In this document: one piece after another, positions 37,547 to 48,647 of the stretch
Numbering within the stretch: the stretch's first letter is position 1
How the letters are laid out: each line of letters opens with the position of its first letter
Origin: Vulcanimicrobiota bacterium
Lineage (GTDB): Bacteria; Vulcanimicrobiota; Xenobia; Xenobiales; JADMJV01
Direction: 5' to 3'
DNA length: 64,000 nt
NCBI GenBank assembly: GCA_050250895.1
Contig: JBFWNU010000005.1
Span: forward strand, 480,001 to 544,000
Notes under the pieces: generated by a model
Told to the model about the DNA's origin: nothing
The model's input: the letters and a program-made list of their open reading frames with translations, nothing else
Database searches by the model: none
Program-made: the position numbers and the translations under genes

Positions 37547-38367
37547 TGGACCTCGCGAGCTGTGAAGTCGGCGTAACGGCTCTTGAGCCAGAGCACGCCG
37601 AAGAGATCTGGCAAGCTCTGTTTGAGCCGGTCAAAGGTGCCGTATTTGGTCACCCCGGCGTGGCGATCACGATGGTTTACCGGCAGTTCGCAGGCGGTGA
37701 ACCCCTCCATCTTGACCAGGGCCGGAATGAAGCGATGCATTCCCCGAAATAAGGTGAGGCGGTCGACGACCTCGCCGCGGAAAGCCTTGAGAGTGCATCC
37801 CGTGTCACTGCTCTGGTCGCCCAGCAGGCGGCCTCGCAGGCGATTGGCCACCCGTGACGAGAAGCGCTTCCAGGCCGTGTCCTTGCGTTTGGCTCGCACG
37901 CCGTAGGCCGCGTCAAAATACTCGAGACGCTCGAGCAGTTTGGGGATGTCGGCCGGGTCATTTTGCAGGTCGGCATCCATGAGCACGACCCGGTCATATC
38001 TGGCGGCCCGCAGGCCCACCTCCATGGCTACCGACTGACCCCGGTTTTCGGCCAGGCAGACGCAACGAATCCGGTCGCCCAGCTCGGGTCGCAGCAGGTT
38101 GACCGACTCGTCCCGACTGGCGTCGTCGACGAAAACCAGTTCATAGTCGAGCCCGAGTGGGTCGAGGGCCGCCCGCAGCTCGGCTAACAAACGAGCCAGG
38201 TTGTCGGCTTCGTTGAACATCGGGATGACGACCGAGAGGCCGGGCTGACGCGGACTTGGGCCTCGAGCCAGCTCAAGGCTGCGCTTCGGGCTGCTTGCTG
38301 CCAGATAGGATAAGATAGTGTCCTTTTTCGACTCGTTCCCAACCGGGGAACCGTTTCGGGTCGTCAT
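37543..38367 (-). CDS. Glycosyltransferase family 2 (polyprenol-phosphate glycosyltransferase, ArnC/DPM1-like)
   Basis: SVVIPMFNE, VDDASRD, NRGQS, MDADLQNDP, DTGC, MHRFIPAL motifs; the true start is probably nearer 38270. Confidence 0.88.
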   Translation of the reverse strand: MTTRNGSPVGNESKKDTILSYLAASSPKRSLELARGPSPRQPGLSVVIPMFNEADNLARLLAELRAALDPLGLDYELVFVDDASRDESVNLLRPELGDRIRCVCLAENRGQSVAMEVGLRAARYDRVVLMDADLQNDPADIPKLLERLEYFDAAYGVRAKRKDTAWKRFSSRVANRLRGRLLGDQSSDTGCTLKAFRGEVVDRLTLFRGMHRFIPALVKMEGFTACELPVNHRDRHAGVTKYGTFDRLKQSLPDLFGVLWLKSRYADFTAREVQ

Positions 38368-39838
38368 CCGACCTCCTCATTACGACGATGACCTGCTCGC
38401 CAGGTGTTAGCTGATTCCAGTATTCCTCATAGTCGCGGAAGTAGAAACCGTCAAGATTTCTTGACGTCTCGAACTGAGTTTCGCGAGGATAGGAAATATG
38501 CACGATGCGGCGGTCGAGGTAGTAGGGGAGAGAATACAGGAAATTGCCATAAAAGGCTACCTCGTCAATAGTCTTGGATTCGACCACGCGGGCCACGGCC
38601 CGGGCCGTATACTGCTCGTCCAGTCGACCGACGCTCACCGCGATCAGAAAGAGCGAGACCACCATCCCGGCCGTAATCGCTGGTAGGCTCACCTCCTCGG
38701 TGGGTTTGAGGCTCACCACCAGGCCACTGAGCGCCCAGGCTGCCACGGCCGGCAGCAACAGGCCCAGCACGCCGACCACATCGGGCGGGGGGGCCAGGGC
38801 CAGGAAGATGGTGGCGGCGATCCCCAGAAAAGCGAGACTCAAGCCAGTGAGTCGCGCCAGGCTGCGGTCCCAGTAGCGGGCCACCAGCAGGGCGCCGGCG
38901 GGGAAGGTGGGCAGGATGTAAGGAGGCAGCTTCGAGCCGATGCAGCTGAACATCAACACCGGCAGGGCAAACCAGGCCAACAAGAAGCGGTCCGCCACCT
39001 CGCCGGTGCGCCAGGCCCGAACCAGGGCCACGGCCAGGGCGGCCGCCCAGGGGAAGAATCCCACCAGGAGGACGGGAAGGTAGAACCATGGGGGGCCCGC
39101 GCGTCCATGGACGGTGGTGGCTACCCGGTCGACTGTCTGGAAGACCAGAAAATAGTTCCAAAGTTCGGGGTTGCGTTGACACACCACGACGAACCAGGGC
39201 ACGGCGACCGCCAGCATGACGGCCAGTCCGGCCACAGGACGCAACCGGCCAAACTTCAGGTCTCGCCGGGTCAGCCCCAGCAGTCCCAAGGCCACCAGCA
39301 GAGGGCCCACCGGTCCTTTGATCAGAATGGCCAGACCGTTGGCCACCCAGAAGCTAAGCCACCATCCCGGATGTTCACGTTCGGCTACCACGACCATGTA
39401 GGCGGCCACCAGCGCCCAGGTGATACAGCCGGTCAGGAACATGTCGGTATACACCAGCCGAGCCACCAACCAGAACTCGAGACTGGTGGCCAGAATCAAA
39501 CCGGGTAACAGCCCCAACTCCAGGGCTTGAGCTAGCCTCAGGGTCAGGCCGACGATAGCCAGGGCGGTCAGAATCTGGGGCAGCCTTGCCGCCGCTTCGC
39601 TCTTGCCCAGCAGTTTGAGCGAGGCCGCGGTCAGCCAATAGGTCAGGGGCGGTTTGTGGAAGTGCTTGATGTGATTGACCCGAGGGGTAACCCAGTCGCC
39701 ACTCTGGGCCATCTCCCAGGAGGCCTCGACATAGCGCGCCTCGCTATCTTCGAACAGGCCCTGGCCAAGCGGCGCCAGGAGATAGAGCAGACAGAGGGCT
39801 CCCAGCAACAAAAGTCGGTCTTTGGGGCGGCCCGCCAT
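38273..39838 (-). CDS. ArnT-like GT-C glycosyltransferase (lipid A modification)
   Basis: EARYVEASWEM..SGDWVTP, KPPLTYW, KGP, PWFYLP, KLPPYILP motifs; start ATG 39838. Confidence 0.88.
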   Translation of the reverse strand: MAGRPKDRLLLLGALCLLYLLAPLGQGLFEDSEARYVEASWEMAQSGDWVTPRVNHIKHFHKPPLTYWLTAASLKLLGKSEAAARLPQILTALAIVGLTLRLAQALELGLLPGLILATSLEFWLVARLVYTDMFLTGCITWALVAAYMVVVAEREHPGWWLSFWVANGLAILIKGPVGPLLVALGLLGLTRRDLKFGRLRPVAGLAVMLAVAVPWFVVVCQRNPELWNYFLVFQTVDRVATTVHGRAGPPWFYLPVLLVGFFPWAAALAVALVRAWRTGEVADRFLLAWFALPVLMFSCIGSKLPPYILPTFPAGALLVARYWDRSLARLTGLSLAFLGIAATIFLALAPPPDVVGVLGLLLPAVAAWALSGLVVSLKPTEEVSLPAITAGMVVSLFLIAVSVGRLDEQYTARAVARVVESKTIDEVAFYGNFLYSLPYYLDRRIVHISYPRETQFETSRNLDGFYFRDYEEYWNQLTPGEQVIVVMRRSDDDPKRFPGWERVEKGHYLILSGSKQPEAQP

Positions 39839-39927
39839 TTCTCGAGCATACCCTGAAAGCGGCCTCGACAAGCCCGAAGAAGTGAAATTTTCTCAGGGCG
39901 CCATCCACCTCGGTCGCGAAGGAGGCG

Positions 39928-42900
39928 ATGGCTTGGGCACGAAACTTGCGGCCGCGAGAGGAGTTGTCTGTGAGTTTTACCCAGGTGCGAACGGGCTTTG
40001 CCGTGGCCCCGATTTTGGAGGAAACGGCCCATCGATATGGATTCTTCGGGGGATGGACCAGTGGAGGGCACTACCGCATCTCCCAGGACGGTTTGGCCGG
40101 GCTGGTTCTTTTCGGTCAGTCTCTGTCCTTCAAGCATTTTACCCAACGGTTCAGTCTGGCCAGCGAGCGCGATGGGGAACTCGAGTTCCCTTCGATGGTG
40201 GCCAGTTTCGACTCTTGGTGCCAGTGGCGCGACGAGTTTCGCGAGTTCTTCCAGATCCTGGCCGAAGAGAATCCCACCCGGTTGGGGCGCGACGCTCTCT
40301 ATCGCTGGGCTCGTCCGCGGACGGTCGACGCCCCCTTTTCCGAGGCCCTTGACCTGTCTCGGAGGTTCCTCGAGCGGACTTATCAAGACGATTTCATCGT
40401 GCGCGAGAAGAAGGAGATGGTGGTCGACTACCGCTCCTGCCAGGGCAACTATCTGGTCTCGGTCGACCGCGACGAGTACGGACCGCTGTGCGCGCTGCTC
40501 GATTGCTCTTCGCAAATCGCCTCGCATATCGCGGGTTTTAACGGATTCATTCTTCAAGGGGTGTTGGCTCACGTGCAGAGCTTCACCAACCCCGATTACC
40601 GCAAACGGCCGGTTCCGGTAGCGCGCTCGTTCAAGAACCTGCTGCGACGGTGGGCTCCCGACGGATTGACCCATATCTGCTTTTGTAACTCGGGCACCGA
40701 AAGCTGGGAGAAGGCCGTTTTGCTGGCGCAACACAAATTCCCCGACAAAGGCCCCAGGGTCGTCTGCTTCGAGGGCAGTTTCCACGGCCGCACGTTGCTG
40801 GCGCTCTTCTCCTCCTGGAATCCCTCCAAGCGGATCCCCTTCCAGCTCGAGGGCTTCGAGACTCCCTTTGTACCCTTCCCCGAAGACAAGGAGCCTCATC
40901 TCGACCGACCCGCCCCCGAAGGTTGGGCCGAGGCCTGGCACGGCGCCGCCGCCGAAGAGTGGCAGCCACCCGTCTACGACGACGAGTTGTTGGCCCGCGA
41001 AGTAGCCAGCCTGGTGGCCGTACGCGACCTGATCAAGACCGGTGACGCCTGCGCGGTCTCGGTAGAGCCGCTGCAGTGCGAAGGCGGAGACCGCTTTGCC
41101 ACCAAGCGATTCTTCCAGGCTCTGCGCCTGCTCACCGAGGCTTTCGGGGTCGGCCTGATCTTTGACGAGGTGCAGACCGGCTTCGGACTGGGCGGCACCC
41201 CGCTCTGGTCCGACATGTTCGAACTTCCCTCGCCCCCGGACTTTATCAATCTGGCCAAGAAGTGCCAGGTTGGCTGCGTGCTCTCGAGCATTCCCGACCC
41301 CGAGCCGACGGCGGCCCATGCCGCCTCGATGGCCCGAGGCTACTACAACGCCCTGGCGGTGGACCCGCCCGAACTCGAAAAGCTTGGCAAGGTGGTGGCC
41401 CAACAGCTTTGCAAGCTGACCGGCGACTACGAGATGGTCACCGCTCCCCGAGGGCGCGCCCTTTGCTTTGCCTTTGACCTGCCTGACGCGGACACGGCCA
41501 ATGCCTTTGTCAATCAGCGCTTCCACCGCGGCCACATGGTCTACATCGCGGGCGAGCGAACGATCCGATTTCGTTTGCAGCTGGCTACCCGACCGAAGGA
41601 CGTCGAGATCGCCTTCTCGGTCATTCGCGAGACCCTCGATTGGATCAAGACCCATGGGACCGAGGCCACCGCTCACGGCGATTACGCCTGGCAAGAACCG
41701 GTCCCGACCAGCCTCAAGCTGCCGGAAGGTCCCGACGATCTCGAGGGAGCCGACTGGGCCGGCATCCTGCGCCATTACGGCCAGCTCGACGGGGTGCAGC
41801 AGAAGGCCTTCGACCACGAGATCGGACCCCACGACCCGGTGGGCTGGTTCGGCACCGCCAACAAAGAAGGACGCATCACCTGGCTGACCTTCCTGCGCTA
41901 TCTGGCCGCGAAGCACGCTCCTGTGCTGGTGGGGCTCACGCCCGAAATGTGGGAGGAGTATCGCGAGCAGATCATGGAACTCGAGCACAGTATCTATGAG
42001 CCCGCCCGACAGGATTCCGAGGAGTTCTTGCGCGGCATTGTCGAGGCCGACCGCCAGCTCTGTTATCTGGCGCTCTCGCCGGAGGGTGAGGTGGCCGGCT
42101 ACTCGTTTTCGGCTCCCATCAAGAACTTCTCGCAGGTGCGGGGACCCCACGAGGATCCCGAGATGGGGCGGGGGACCACCCTCTATTCGGCCGATATCGG
42201 AGTCCACCGCGACTTTCGCGGGATGGGTCTTGGTCTGCGGCTCAAGCGCCGCCAGGTCCGAGAGGCGCGCGAGCAGGGCTTCTCGTTTATCCGCAGCCGG
42301 AACCGTCTCGACTCGACGGCCGCCATGATGCTGATCAATCAGGCCTTCGGCAGCCGTGAGCTGCGTCGCTATGAAAAGGACTACGGAGCCGATCAGGCCA
42401 CGTCGCTCTACTGGTCGCTGCCGCTGTCGATGGAGTATCACCCCACCATCGACTGGAGTGGCGGCGTGGAGGAGCCCGCCGGCGGCTTGCTCGACCCGGC
42501 CGCCTGGCAGGACTGGGATCTGGCCGCGGTCAACAAGAATTCGCTTTGCAACTGGTGGACCCCGAACATGGTCCGCCACATCGAGTGGCTGCGCGAGGTC
42601 AGCCCGCTGCCCCATCTCTATCTGGCCAGTGGCCGCGACGAAGCGGCCGACAAAGCGGTCAAGTGTCTGATTTACGCCCGCAAAGGGGCCAATCGCTGCA
42701 TCAGCTTCACGGGGGCCTATTGGGGGCACACCACCGCGACCGCTCGCAGTCTCTCGGACAGCCGCTATCTCGGCTATTTCCCCTGGGACCACATCGAGTA
42801 TCCGACCTGTCCCGACGATCCTTTCCTGGCTCCTGAGGGCGCCCTCAACGATGAGGAAGAGCGTCGTTTGCACCAGGTGGCCGAGCGACTCGAGAAGCCC

Positions 42901-43452
42901 GAAGAGGTGCTCGGAGTCTTCATCGAGCCCCTGCAAGAGCGCACCGGCGAGCGGGTTAGCGTGCGGTTCTTGCGGGCTCTTCGCAAGCTCTGCGATGAGC
43001 GCGACGTGCCGCTGGTGTTCAACGAGTCGGGCAGCTGGCTCTATCGCGGGTCGTCTGAGCTGTTCTTCTGCCAGGCAGCCGGGGTGATTCCCGATGCCCT
43101 GGTGTTTTTCGCCGGCGGCCAGGTGGGCCACGTGCTGGTCAATAAGAAATACTTCCTCGAGAAGCCGCTGATGCTGATCTCGACCTGGGACGGCGACGAG
43201 CTCTCGTGCTTGCGCCTGCGCGAGCAGGTGCGAATGGTGCAGGCCAGCCTCGACGAGGACTTTCTAGCCCACATCGACCGCCGGCTGGCCGAATACGGAC
43301 CCATCTACCGAGGCAGTGGCTATCTGCTTTTGCCTGACGCGCCCAGGTTGTCGATTGCCCACACCCTCGACATGGAGGACTATCTCATGATGCCCCCCCT
43401 CAACCGGTTGCGAGAGGGTTTTTCACAGCTCGAGGAGGAGTTGGAGCTATGA
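39928..43452 (+). CDS. Fusion: class III aminotransferase (lysine-6-aminotransferase-like) + GNAT acyltransferase + degenerate class III aminotransferase
   Basis: Domain 1: NSGTE, SFHGRT, EPLQCEGG, FDEVQTG, AKKCQVG. GNAT motif A: VHRDFRGMGLG. Domain 3: AYWGHT, EPLQE, FNESGS, FAGGQVG (no Lys), STWDG. Confidence 0.85.
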   Translation: MAWARNLRPREELSVSFTQVRTGFAVAPILEETAHRYGFFGGWTSGGHYRISQDGLAGLVLFGQSLSFKHFTQRFSLASERDGELEFPSMVASFDSWCQWRDEFREFFQILAEENPTRLGRDALYRWARPRTVDAPFSEALDLSRRFLERTYQDDFIVREKKEMVVDYRSCQGNYLVSVDRDEYGPLCALLDCSSQIASHIAGFNGFILQGVLAHVQSFTNPDYRKRPVPVARSFKNLLRRWAPDGLTHICFCNSGTESWEKAVLLAQHKFPDKGPRVVCFEGSFHGRTLLALFSSWNPSKRIPFQLEGFETPFVPFPEDKEPHLDRPAPEGWAEAWHGAAAEEWQPPVYDDELLAREVASLVAVRDLIKTGDACAVSVEPLQCEGGDRFATKRFFQALRLLTEAFGVGLIFDEVQTGFGLGGTPLWSDMFELPSPPDFINLAKKCQVGCVLSSIPDPEPTAAHAASMARGYYNALAVDPPELEKLGKVVAQQLCKLTGDYEMVTAPRGRALCFAFDLPDADTANAFVNQRFHRGHMVYIAGERTIRFRLQLATRPKDVEIAFSVIRETLDWIKTHGTEATAHGDYAWQEPVPTSLKLPEGPDDLEGADWAGILRHYGQLDGVQQKAFDHEIGPHDPVGWFGTANKEGRITWLTFLRYLAAKHAPVLVGLTPEMWEEYREQIMELEHSIYEPARQDSEEFLRGIVEADRQLCYLALSPEGEVAGYSFSAPIKNFSQVRGPHEDPEMGRGTTLYSADIGVHRDFRGMGLGLRLKRRQVREAREQGFSFIRSRNRLDSTAAMMLINQAFGSRELRRYEKDYGADQATSLYWSLPLSMEYHPTIDWSGGVEEPAGGLLDPAAWQDWDLAAVNKNSLCNWWTPNMVRHIEWLREVSPLPHLYLASGRDEAADKAVKCLIYARKGANRCISFTGAYWGHTTATARSLSDSRYLGYFPWDHIEYPTCPDDPFLAPEGALNDEEERRLHQVAERLEKPEEVLGVFIEPLQERTGERVSVRFLRALRKLCDERDVPLVFNESGSWLYRGSSELFFCQAAGVIPDALVFFAGGQVGHVLVNKKYFLEKPLMLISTWDGDELSCLRLREQVRMVQASLDEDFLAHIDRRLAEYGPIYRGSGYLLLPDAPRLSIAHTLDMEDYLMMPPLNRLREGFSQLEEELEL

Positions 43453-44927
43453 ACTATCGCGGACACTTTATCAACGGCGCCTGGAAGATCGTCCCGGGCA
43501 ACGCCTATGCCTCGGTCAATCCGACCACCGGAGCGCGCGTGCTCGAGGTGAGCTATGGCGACGGCAGCGAGGTAGCGGAGGCTGTCGAGGCTGCTCACCA
43601 GGCCTTTCTCGAGTGGCGTATGCTCGACAAGTCGGAGCGGGCCGCCTATCTCGAGCGCTTCGCCGACGCTCTCAAAGACCGCAGCGAGCCGCTGGCCCAG
43701 GCCATTACCGCCGAGATGGGCAAGACCATTCTCGAGGCCCGGGCCGAAGCCGCCGCCTGTGTGGCCAAGATCAGCATCACCCTGAGCGAGGGTCAGGCCT
43801 TAGTCGACCGCTTCGACCCTGAGGGCCTCGATGGCAGCTGCCATTTCATGCCGTTCGGGGTGATGGCGGTCATCGGTCCCTACAACTTTCCGGCTCACCT
43901 GGCTAACGGCCACATCATTCCGGCTCTGATGACCGGCAACACGGTGGTCTTCAAGCCCAGCAGCGTGACCCCGCTGGTGGGTCAGGTCTATGCCGAGGCC
44001 GCCGAAGCGGCCGGCTTCCCGCCCGGGGTCTTCAACCTGCTGCATATTCGCCGGGCCGTGGGCGATAAGCTGTTGACCCATCCGCTGGTGCGCGGAGTGC
44101 TGTTCACCGGCTCCTACGACGTGGGTCTGCACATCAAGCGGGTCACCCTGGAAGACCCCTGGAAGATTCTGGCTCTCGAGATGGGCGGTAAGAACTGTTC
44201 TATCGTGTGTGAGGATGCCCACCTCGAGCAGGCCCTGACCGAACTGGTCACAGGCGCCTATCTCACCACCGGGCAGCGTTGTACCGGCACGGCTCGGGTC
44301 ATCGTGCACAAGAGCCTGGTCTCGAAGCTGGAAGAGGGTCTGGCCCGGGCGGCTGGCCAGCTCAAAAGCGGCGACCCTCTGGACGCCGAAACCTTCATGG
44401 GACCGCTGGCCTCGGCCTCGGCCCTGCAGGGCTTCATGGCCTCGCAGGAGATGGCCAACAACGACCCGACCCTGGCTACTCTGGTGGCGGCCGAGAACCC
44501 GGCCCATTGCCTCACCAGCGCGGCCCTGCATCGGGTCGAACGCTATCGCCCTGACCATCCGTATCTGCGCGAAGAGGTCTTTGGTCCGGCCCTGACCATC
44601 GAGGCGGTGGCCGACACCGACGAGGCCATCGCCCGGGCGCTGGATACCGACTATGGCCTGTCGTTCTCGATCTTCACCCGCGAGCGCTCGACCTACGAAA
44701 AGGCCCTGCGCTCGGTGCCCTGCGGTATCGTCAACTGGAATCGCGCCACCAACGGGGCCAGCGGACGCCTGCCGTTCGGCGGGCTGGGCAAGTCGGGCAA
44801 CCACCGTCCGGCCGCCCTGTGGGCGCCCTACTACTGCACCTATCCCGTGGCCGAGCTGCGCAAGCCCTACGGCCAGGTCGACGAGAACCCGTGTCCCGGG
44901 TTTCCCAAGGAGGTCCTCCACCGATGA
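43449..44927 (+). CDS. Aldehyde dehydrogenase, N-succinylglutamate 5-semialdehyde dehydrogenase (AstD)-like
   Basis: GPYNFPAHLANGHIIPAL, FTGS, ALEMGGKN, GQRCT, EEVFGP and the AstD-type tail PFGGLGKSGNHRP...YCTYP. Confidence 0.85.
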   Translation: MNYRGHFINGAWKIVPGNAYASVNPTTGARVLEVSYGDGSEVAEAVEAAHQAFLEWRMLDKSERAAYLERFADALKDRSEPLAQAITAEMGKTILEARAEAAACVAKISITLSEGQALVDRFDPEGLDGSCHFMPFGVMAVIGPYNFPAHLANGHIIPALMTGNTVVFKPSSVTPLVGQVYAEAAEAAGFPPGVFNLLHIRRAVGDKLLTHPLVRGVLFTGSYDVGLHIKRVTLEDPWKILALEMGGKNCSIVCEDAHLEQALTELVTGAYLTTGQRCTGTARVIVHKSLVSKLEEGLARAAGQLKSGDPLDAETFMGPLASASALQGFMASQEMANNDPTLATLVAAENPAHCLTSAALHRVERYRPDHPYLREEVFGPALTIEAVADTDEAIARALDTDYGLSFSIFTRERSTYEKALRSVPCGIVNWNRATNGASGRLPFGGLGKSGNHRPAALWAPYYCTYPVAELRKPYGQVDENPCPGFPKEVLHR

Positions 44928-46314
44928 GTAAGATTTTCGCCAGCGTCCAAGAGGCAACCCATGACGTCAAGGATGGCTCGGTCATCATGTTCGGAGGCTT
45001 TGGCCTGTGTGGCATTCCCGAGAATCAGATCGACGAACTCTACCGTCGCGAGGTCAAAGGCCTCACCATCATCAGCAACAACTGCGGCAACCAGGGTCGG
45101 GGATTGGCCATCCTGTTGAAGCGCCACCAGATCGCCAAAGCGATCTGCAGCTATGTGGGTGGCAACCCCGACCTCGAGAAGCAGATCCTGGCCAAGGAGA
45201 TCGAGATCGAACTGAACCCTCAGGGTACCCTGGTGGAGCGCATGCGCGCCGCCGGGTCGGGGCTGCCAGCCTTTTTCACTCCCACCGGGGTGGGCACCAA
45301 AGTGGCCGAAGGCAAGCAGGTGCAGCGCTTTGGCGACCGAGACTACATTCTCGAGACCGCCCTGCCCGCCGACTTCGCCATGATTCGCGCCTGGAAGGCC
45401 GATAGCGAAGGCAACCTGGTCTTTCGCGAGTCGGCGCGCAACTTCAGCCCGCTGATGGCCATGGCCGCCCGCACTACCATCGTCGAGGCCGAGCACCTCG
45501 TCGAGGCCGGCGAACTGGGAGCCGACGAGATTCATTGCCCGGGCATCTTCGTGCAGCGGGTGTTCCAGGGCACCAACTACAAGAACCACATCGAGAAGAA
45601 GATGCTGGCCGGAGCCTCGTCTGACGACGGGGGAGAAGAGTCGGGAGTGGGTCTGACCCGGCGCCAGATCGCCTGGCGGGCCGCCCAGGAACTCGAGGCT
45701 GGAGCTTACGTCAACCTGGGGATCGGCGTGCCCACCCTGGTGGCCGACTATCTCGACGACAGCAAGAACATTCGCCTTCACTCCGAGAACGGCGTGCTCG
45801 GGGTCGGCCCTTATCCCACCGAAGAGCAGGTCAACTACTATCTCATTAACGCTGGCAAGGAGACCATCACCTTGCGTCCCGGCGGGTCGGTCTTCGACTC
45901 GTCGATGTCGTTTGCCATGATCCGGGGTGGTCATGTCGACTGGGCCATCCTGGGAGCGCTCGAGGTGTCGGCCAAAGGCGATCTGGCTAACTGGATGATT
46001 CCCGGCAAGAAGGTCAACGGCATGGGGGGCGCCATGGATCTGGCTGCCGGCGCGCGCAAGGTGATGGTCTTGACCACTCACAACGCCAAGAATGGCGACC
46101 CCAAGATCGTGGCCGAATGCAAGTTGCCCCTGACAGCCGCCGGAGTGGTCAACATGATCGTCACCGACCTGGCCGTGCTCGATGTCACCCCGGACGGCCT
46201 GGTCCTGCGAGAACTGGCCGAGGGAGTGACCGTCGACGACTTTCTGGCGCGCACCGGGGCGCCGGTGCTGGTGCCCGACAACGTGCCCCGGATCGCTACG
46301 CCCGAGGTGGTGGC

Positions 46315-46318
<4 letters not shown>
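44924..46318 (+). CDS. Fused class I CoA-transferase (alpha+beta, SCOT-like)
   Basis: GGFGLCGIPEN, PQGTLVERMRA, NLGIGVPT, SENG (catalytic Glu), GMGGAMDL; ATG 44924 overlaps the upstream stop. Confidence 0.92.
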
Positions 46319-47369
<1,051 letters not shown>

Positions 47370-47373
<4 letters not shown>

Positions 47374-48614
47374 AGTCGCCCTTCTTCTACACCTGGAGTG
47401 CCCAGTCGAAGGTCGAGCCCCTCGAGATTCTCTCGGGCCAGGGAGCCCACTTCGTCACCCCCGAGGGCTCCTGGCTCGACCTGGGGAGCCTGATCTATCA
47501 GGCCAACCTGGGCCATGGTCACCCGCGCATGCTCGCGGCCATCAAGCGCCAGGTCGACGAGCTGTGTCTGACTCTGCCCAACGCTGTCTATCCGGCCAAA
47601 CGAGAACTGGCCGAGCGTCTGCTCGAGCTGGCTCCTCCGGGCTTTGACCGAGTCTTCTTCACCCTGGGCGGAGCCGAGGCCAACGAGAACGCCATCAAGA
47701 TGGCCCGGGCCGTGACCGGTCGCCACAAGACGATCTCGCGCTATCGCTCCTATCACGGCGCCACCATGGGAGCCCTGTCGCTGTCGGGTGACTATCGCCG
47801 CCCGCCTTTCGAGCCGGCCATGACCGGGGCCGTCCATTGCCTCGACTGCTACTGCGACCGCTGCCCCTTCGGCCAGACCTATCCGCGGTGTAAGCTCGAG
47901 TGCGCCCAACACATCGGCCAGGTGCTCGAACTCGATGGCCCGGGGACCTTTGCGGCCGTCTTTCTCGAGCCGATCCCCGGGGCTAACGGCGTGCTGGTGC
48001 CTCCGCCCGGATACTGGTCGTCAATTCGCGAGGCTTGCACCGCCCACGGCACCCTGCTGGTGGCCGACGAAGTGCTCACCGGCTTTGGCCGCACCGGCCG
48101 CTGGTTCGGCATCGAGCATGAGGGAGTCATTCCCGACATGATTACCTGCGCCAAGGGTCTCACCGGCGGCTACGCCACCCTGGGCGCCGTGCTGGTCCAC
48201 GAGCGGGTCAGCCGGCATTTCGATGATCAGCCTCTGTTGGCCGGCCTGACCGGCTACTCTCACCCGCTCGCCTGTGCGGCCGCCCTCGAGGCCCTGCATA
48301 TCTATCACGACGAAGGCCTGATCGTGCGGGCCGCCGCCCTGGAAGAGCCGCTGCTGGCTCGCCTGGAGGAACTTCGCTCTCGCCATGCTCGCCTGCGCTT
48401 CGTGCGCGGCCGCGGTTTACTGGCGGCGCTCGAGTTCGAAGCTGATGCGGCCTATATGGAAGAGGTCCGCAGACGCCTGCTGGCCCGCCGGATCTACGTC
48501 CATGTGAAGGTGGCCACCCAGATGCTCGTGATCTCTCCGCCCCTGTGCATCGAGAAGAACGACCTGCTCGCCGGCCTCGAAGTGATCGACCAGGTGCTGA
48601 GCGAACTGAGCTAG
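47370..48614 (+). CDS. Class III (omega) aminotransferase
   Basis: NLGHGHP, GGAEANENA, SYHGAT, ADEVLTGFGRTG, CAKGLTGGY (PLP Lys), TGYSHP motifs. Confidence 0.92.
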
Positions 48615-48647
48615 GTATTTTTCAGGGCCGTCTGGGACAATCCGAGC

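Noticed and set aside
39643-43131. 1162-aa antisense ORF opposite the aminotransferase fusion
   Set aside because: It mirrors the sense gene codon for codon and has no motifs. Long shadow ORFs are expected at high GC3, and similar ones lie opposite tuf, the SPFH gene and the CoA-transferase.
43449-44927. Canonical arginine succinyltransferase (ast) operon
   Set aside because: Only the ALDH is AstD-like; no AstA, AstB or AstE is recognisable in the window, so no gene symbol was assigned.
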